64,000 nucleotides of DNA from a virus. Where the stretch lies: IMG/VR virus record IMGVR_UViG_3300025030_001854, positions 72,839 through 136,838 of that record. The stretch is one strand, 5' to 3'. Below the pieces are notes generated by a model that saw only the letters and a program-made list of their open reading frames with translations, was not told where the DNA came from and ran no database searches. The translations under genes and the position numbers were made by a program. Positions 58,760 to 64,000 of this stretch are shown here, piece after piece. Position 1 is the first letter of the stretch, and each line of letters begins with the position of its first letter.

Positions 58760-61216
58760 TTAAGGAATCTCTGAATACCAATACCAAGTATAATATGGAC
58801 TTGCCGTTGTCCCATCAATAAATTTGGCTCGATAATTATATGTTAAAGTAATTGGAACCGTATCTACGACATTAAAATTTGGATAACCAGAAGTAGAAAA
58901 ACCAGAAAATCCATTTCCAGTATTTCTCTCAGTTTGTAAATAATAATTACTAAACGCTGATGAAGTGTCGAAACTTCCCGTAAAAGATGTTGATGGTCCA
59001 TTATAGTTTATTGTTTCTCCGGTTTTATTTGGTGCCTGGGGCATTCCACTAATAGCTTTAGTTACCCCAAATGGTCCAAAAACATTTCCGCTATGATACC
59101 TTGCCTGAACAAAACCTCGGTGGTTTCTACTAGATGGTAACCATCCAGTTATACCTGTGGCTTGAGTGCTAACCATTCCCGAAGGAATAAAATATTCATC
59201 TGATGAACCATCTGGATAAGTCAATTTGCTATATAATTCGACAAATAATCCTGTTGGATAATAATTAATGCCACCAGTCCATCCAATCGAATATCCTGTA
59301 GAACCGCTTACCCACATTCCTGTCGCCCCAGATACATGATATGTTGTTGGAAATACAAAATTCCAATATCCAGTAGTATCTAAATTTAAAGAAGAATACA
59401 AAACATATTCTAAAATTGGAATATCAATAATTCCGCTAACAAAAGAGCAGGGAACAAAACGACGATAATCTCGTTGATAATATTGACGAATTCCATTTAA
59501 CCATACCTGTTCTGAAAATCCAGTAATATTAGTAAGATTCACTTGGGAACCAGTAATATTAAAAAGATAACGATAAAAACCACTATATTGAGGAATAAAA
59601 GACAACTCATTATCTTGTATATCCGAAAATCCAGACGGAATTCCTGTCTCTGGAATTTGGTCGGCAGAAAAATATGGTAATCCTGTTCCAGTTAATATAA
59701 CCACAAAACCATTAGTCCCAGAACCAGAAATAGAATATTGATATCCCGATACTAATTTCTGACCATTTAAATATAAATCATATCCAAAGAACGGATAAGT
59801 ATTATTTCCAGTACAAATACCAGATAGCCCAGTAATAAAAATCGCCCCAGTTATTCCAGTAGGTTCATTAAACTGCGATGATGGAGGAAAAAATCCTCCG
59901 CCACTAACAGCTATTCTACTTTGATACCAATAACCACTATATGGGATAACGGTTGAATTTTTCTTTAAAATATCATACGTTAAATTATCGTCATCAAAAA
60001 AACCACTAATACTATTTCTGGATACATAATAATCCACCCCATTTGTTTCAGCTAAACCATTACCAAATAATTGAATAAATCCTGTATCTTGAGGCCACAT
60101 GTTGCCGGTAATTTTTCTATTTAGATAAGGAATTTCTCTAGAATAAGTATAAATTTCTACAACATCTCCAGAAGTTAAAGATAAATCAAAATCTATAGAA
60201 TACTGAGAAAAAGAACTTAACGTCGCCAAATCATATAAAAATGCAGTATCGTTTCGTGTTCCTGTAAATGGAATACCAGAAAATAAAGGAAAAACAATTT
60301 CACCAGTTGTCACTAATCCAGATAATCCAGATTGGACAATAACATTAACTACTTGTCCATTAGTTCTAGTCATTGTCCCTGTTATATATGATAGTCCAGT
60401 AACCGCCACTTCTTGAATTCCTGAAAAATACGTTCCTGTTATTTGATATCCACTACTAGCATAGTATCCTGTAACCGTATTATATCCAGAAACAAAAGAA
60501 CAATCAGCACACACAGAAATATCATACGGTAAAATAGAATCTTTAAATAAAATAGCATGATAAATATTACCAAAGAATCCCGTTGCCCCAGTATTGTTAT
60601 TATTAAAAAATTCACCTAAATATAAATTTGAAGTATTTAAAAATGCTCCAGAAAAATACAAAGAAGCATTAAAATAACTATTATCGGCCATATTAACAAT
60701 ACCAAAATCTATATATCTATTATCTACTAATCCAACGTATATTAAATCTCTAACACTAAGTTCTTTATTTAATGTTTCTAATTTACCAGATGTTTGAAGA
60801 AATAGTCTATTTGAATCAGTAATTCCCAAATAAAAACCACTAGATAATCCGCTGATATTATCAACTGTAGATATTATAATTTGATTTTTACCTAAAAATG
60901 CCCCACTTCTTTTAGAACATCCATTCGAGGCAATATCTAAGATAATACCGAAATTTCCTGTATGTTTATATCCAATGCTATATCCGTTATTTCCTGAAAA
61001 TTGATTTCCTGTAAAAGGAAAAGGGGAAAGATTAATTAATGGGACTGCTTGAGAAGAGATTTCTCCACTTATAAAGTGTTGACCAGTAGTATAAAGTTGA
61101 TTATATATTATTCCCGTTGTTCCACTATTAAAAGAATATACTCCTTCTAAAGCATTTGAAGCTCCAGTAGAAATATTATAATAACTTATACATGTTAGAA
61201 ATGGGCCAATATTCAT
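58760..61216 (-). CDS. S/T-G-rich probable virion protein with LamG-like N-region
   Basis: FYLGI...LYLG...FFGNIYHAILF (LamG-like); LFGNG/LYLNG/VWLNG repeats. Confidence 0.6.
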   Translation of the reverse strand: MNIGPFLTCISYYNISTGASNALEGVYSFNSGTTGIIYNQLYTTGQHFISGEISSQAVPLINLSPFPFTGNQFSGNNGYSIGYKHTGNFGIILDIASNGCSKRSGAFLGKNQIIISTVDNISGLSSGFYLGITDSNRLFLQTSGKLETLNKELSVRDLIYVGLVDNRYIDFGIVNMADNSYFNASLYFSGAFLNTSNLYLGEFFNNNNTGATGFFGNIYHAILFKDSILPYDISVCADCSFVSGYNTVTGYYASSGYQITGTYFSGIQEVAVTGLSYITGTMTRTNGQVVNVIVQSGLSGLVTTGEIVFPLFSGIPFTGTRNDTAFLYDLATLSSFSQYSIDFDLSLTSGDVVEIYTYSREIPYLNRKITGNMWPQDTGFIQLFGNGLAETNGVDYYVSRNSISGFFDDDNLTYDILKKNSTVIPYSGYWYQSRIAVSGGGFFPPSSQFNEPTGITGAIFITGLSGICTGNNTYPFFGYDLYLNGQKLVSGYQYSISGSGTNGFVVILTGTGLPYFSADQIPETGIPSGFSDIQDNELSFIPQYSGFYRYLFNITGSQVNLTNITGFSEQVWLNGIRQYYQRDYRRFVPCSFVSGIIDIPILEYVLYSSLNLDTTGYWNFVFPTTYHVSGATGMWVSGSTGYSIGWTGGINYYPTGLFVELYSKLTYPDGSSDEYFIPSGMVSTQATGITGWLPSSRNHRGFVQARYHSGNVFGPFGVTKAISGMPQAPNKTGETINYNGPSTSFTGSFDTSSAFSNYYLQTERNTGNGFSGFSTSGYPNFNVVDTVPITLTYNYRAKFIDGTTASPYYTWYWYSEIP

Positions 61217-61232
61217 TACCTTTTTCCATTTT

Positions 61233-61241
61233 TAATTACAC
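61233..61241 (-). promoter_or_regulatory. GTGTAATTA motif followed by GGAAAAAGG before ATG 61216
   Basis: Same 9-mer as at 7730-7738 and 48110-48118. Confidence 0.5.
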
Positions 61242-61244
61242 TTT

Positions 61245-62840
61245 TTAATAACCAAAAGAGTAGCCAGGAATTCTCGTAAAACTTCTAGACGTGGAACCTA
61301 CTAGTTTAGTATATAATACGCCAGAACTTTGTGTATCCATACCTATCCACTCTTTATTATAAGAGATATCAGACAAACCCGTTGATAAATTATCATTAAT
61401 TACCACTCCATCTGACACATAAATATCTCTTAATCTATCCAAAATGCCAGAAGCAATACTTGTAAGAGTTTTAGGATTCAAAGAATCAGCAGTAACATCA
61501 ATAGAAATTTTAGCCCTATTTCTCATTTGAGAATCTTGAACTACATAATGTCCTTCAATATTTCCAGCAGCTAACGTATCAAATTTCCATAAAGATGGTT
61601 GGACAGAAACATTATATTTTTGATTAGCTCCTAATAAATCTCCCCCTTCAGGCATGGACATGTTAATTTTAAAATTACCAACACCAGAATTCTCTTGAAT
61701 AGAAATTGGAAGATTGGCAGAAAGAAAATTTCCTGGGGTTGCAATTCCAGAGAACAACGGAGAACTTACTATTAATCCTGAAAGATAAGTTCTCCAATTG
61801 CTTATTTGAGATTTAAAAAGAGATAATTGATTTAATTTATAATCCAATGGTCCCAAACAAAAAAATTCCCCTTCTATTTTCCAAACATTTTTTGGTAAGA
61901 CTCTATCTACATCTACAGAAATATTATAATCAAAATATCCTGTAATATCTCCAGACGTTAAACCAGAAATATAATTACTTCTTATTTCAAAAGTATTTGT
62001 TCCTGAATCCTGATTTAACGAAAAGTTACTAATACCCAAAAAGCCAGTTAATATACCAAGATTTTGTATACGAGAAAGAATATTAATCCCTGTGACCGAA
62101 GAACTTAAATTTCCAGCCGAGTCGTTATATGGAGAACCCTGAATTTTTAAATTAGTTTCAATCGTCGGATAAATAGCGTCTACTGGATTATTAATAGTCG
62201 CAGAAAATGTCTCTAAATAAGTGTCGGTCGAACCAGTAACATATTTATAGGTTTCTGTAACTGAAAAAGAAGAACTTAATCTATCAATCACCTCAACAAC
62301 ATTAAATAAAACAGGCTTTCCAGTGGGAATAAAAAATGACGTTGAATTAGCCCCCGTGAAAAATTTTACAAATGTTACAGCATTATTAAAGGCTGAGGAA
62401 GAATTTTTAATACCCTTGGCTGATATTTTATGAGATAAAGAAACTATTCCGTCATCACCTTGACTAAAAGAATATTCATTAATCGGTTCAATGACCCCGC
62501 TTGGAATAGTATAAGACTTTAAAGAAATAGAATATGGAACTTGCCCTCCAGAATAAAAATAATTATTACTGAAACTTAAATTATCAATAACAACATTTGT
62601 CCAATCATATAAAGTAGAACCACCGATTTCAGATACAGTCAATCTCCCAAATTGTCCAGTAAAAATATTAGTTAGAGTGTTAATGGCCCCAGAACCGTTA
62701 ATGCCTGTGATAAATCCATCTAAAGTTATTTGGGCTACTTGTCCCCATCGTTGATTGTAATCAATAAACTGTTGAGAAAACCTAACTAGCGGGGTTGGGC
62801 TAAGAGTGCTATTATTATATGTTACAGATAAGTCTCCCAT
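61245..62840 (-). CDS. Probable virion protein
   Basis: 531-aa beta-rich, S/T/G-rich ORF in the late block. Confidence 0.55.
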   Translation of the reverse strand: MGDLSVTYNNSTLSPTPLVRFSQQFIDYNQRWGQVAQITLDGFITGINGSGAINTLTNIFTGQFGRLTVSEIGGSTLYDWTNVVIDNLSFSNNYFYSGGQVPYSISLKSYTIPSGVIEPINEYSFSQGDDGIVSLSHKISAKGIKNSSSAFNNAVTFVKFFTGANSTSFFIPTGKPVLFNVVEVIDRLSSSFSVTETYKYVTGSTDTYLETFSATINNPVDAIYPTIETNLKIQGSPYNDSAGNLSSSVTGINILSRIQNLGILTGFLGISNFSLNQDSGTNTFEIRSNYISGLTSGDITGYFDYNISVDVDRVLPKNVWKIEGEFFCLGPLDYKLNQLSLFKSQISNWRTYLSGLIVSSPLFSGIATPGNFLSANLPISIQENSGVGNFKINMSMPEGGDLLGANQKYNVSVQPSLWKFDTLAAGNIEGHYVVQDSQMRNRAKISIDVTADSLNPKTLTSIASGILDRLRDIYVSDGVVINDNLSTGLSDISYNKEWIGMDTQSSGVLYTKLVGSTSRSFTRIPGYSFGY

Positions 62841-62841
62841 A

Positions 62842-64000
62842 TTAAGATGTATATTTCTTTACTGTATAATCAACGGTCATAACCAATTGAATAATCCCCT
62901 CTGAATTAATTGTATATTTTATGTCAGATAATTGATAAGTAAAAGCTATGGGAATTATATTAACAAATTGTTTCATAAATAATTCTATTCCATGTCTATA
63001 TAAGGCCGTTAAATATGTAGACGTATTACTTCTAAATGTCGTCAAAAATTCATTAGGATTATATCCCGCTCCACCGTCTAAGGTTATTTGAATTTGTCCT
63101 CTTTGTGTTTGATAAGCATAATTAATGACACTTAACTTTGATGGTCTATTGACCACTTTATATTCTGTAACTATATCTACTGGTCGAGTGTCCTGAACTT
63201 TTGTATCTAAAAAATAGAAAAATACATTATTAATCGTAACAAAAAATCTTGGATGATTAGAATATTGGAATGTGGCCGTAGCCTTATTTTTTTTAGATGG
63301 CCAAGAAAATGATGATTGAATCCATTTGATAGGTAAAGCGGCATTATAAAATTGACTATTTAAATAATAGCCTGTTACTGTTTTCGGAGACGAAATATTA
63401 ACCCCAGACAAAGTATAAATAATATTTCCTTGTGGGGGCGATTTTCTATTAAAAACATAATCAAAAGAATGTTTAATGTCTATTAGGTTTTTTTCGTCAA
63501 CATTCATTTCCATGGTTTCATTCGTGGACACGCCACTAGCTGAAAACTGAGCATCATTAGTAAATTCTATTTCATAATCAGAGGTCATTGCCAAATGATT
63601 ATATGTAATGCTCGTTCGTTTTGCGCCAGTTATTAAAATATCAGTGATATTATATTGCGACGAAAAATTTTTAAATCTATTATACACATCATTGCATCTA
63701 GAATATGCAGAAGAAAGAAGACTATTACAAGCATCTCTTGATTGAGCAAAAGACATATATCCTTTAATATTAGAGGATTCTACTACGTCAATAATACCAT
63801 TATCTCTTAATTCTAATTTATGTTTTAGATTATACGAACGAGGAGATGCTGCTTGCGACCCAGAAAAAGGAAATACTTCTCTTCGTTTGCTAAAACTATA
63901 GGTATGTCTAAAAGTATCAAATGTTTCACTATAATAATCTCTAAAATATCCAGTATCCCCCAAAGATTCTCCACCAGAAACACCTATCGACCCTAAATTA
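62842..64000 (-). CDS. Probable virion protein, 3' part; start lies beyond right edge
   Basis: The frame of the 373-aa ORF stays open upstream of TTG 63963 to the window end. Confidence 0.55.
   Translation of the reverse strand, partial: NLGSIGVSGGESLGDTGYFRDYYSETFDTFRHTYSFSKRREVFPFSGSQAASPRSYNLKHKLELRDNGIIDVVESSNIKGYMSFAQSRDACNSLLSSAYSRCNDVYNRFKNFSSQYNITDILITGAKRTSITYNHLAMTSDYEIEFTNDAQFSASGVSTNETMEMNVDEKNLIDIKHSFDYVFNRKSPPQGNIIYTLSGVNISSPKTVTGYYLNSQFYNAALPIKWIQSSFSWPSKKNKATATFQYSNHPRFFVTINNVFFYFLDTKVQDTRPVDIVTEYKVVNRPSKLSVINYAYQTQRGQIQITLDGGAGYNPNEFLTTFRSNTSTYLTALYRHGIELFMKQFVNIIPIAFTYQLSDIKYTINSEGIIQLVMTVDYTVKKYTS

Noticed and set aside
1-64000. Alternative genetic code (stop-codon reassignment)
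   Set aside because: Standard-code ORFs are long, tightly packed and intact across the window

Overview
This AT-rich window is best read as part of a large (jumbo-type) tailed phage genome. It contains no rRNA, tRNA or CRISPR array. From left to right: (1) the 5' part of a class II, B12-dependent ribonucleotide reductase on the minus strand, running off the left edge. (2) An ORF-free, GC-enriched stretch of about 430 nt (~2011-2440) that folds by eye into many helices and looks like an unannotated ncRNA. (3) A dATP/dGTP diphosphohydrolase-like gene and a phage sigma factor. (4) A co-oriented glycan-biosynthesis cluster of about 24 kb (4057-27969). It holds 7 glycosyltransferases, NDP-sugar enzymes (including a Gmd/ColD-like/Fcl-like set), a minimal TPP-enzyme pair, two B12-radical SAM enzymes, methyltransferases, a SET protein and an SGNH-acyl-AMP ligase-ACP fusion; an antisense HNH-type endonuclease interrupts it. 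(5) A replication block: RecA, DnaB, primase, nucleases, and a DnaE polymerase split into PHP, exonuclease and catalytic genes. (6) A minus-strand block of very large, probably virion, proteins, several extremely rich in Ser/Thr-Gly dipeptides. A plus-strand island interrupts this block and encodes a Whirly-like protein, a GT4 fusion with a split GT9, and a Rad52-like annealase. The leading hypotheses are a phage-encoded virion glycosylation/acylation system acting on [S/T]G-rich structural proteins, and a novel structured ncRNA. All family calls come from motif recognition by eye; no searches were run.
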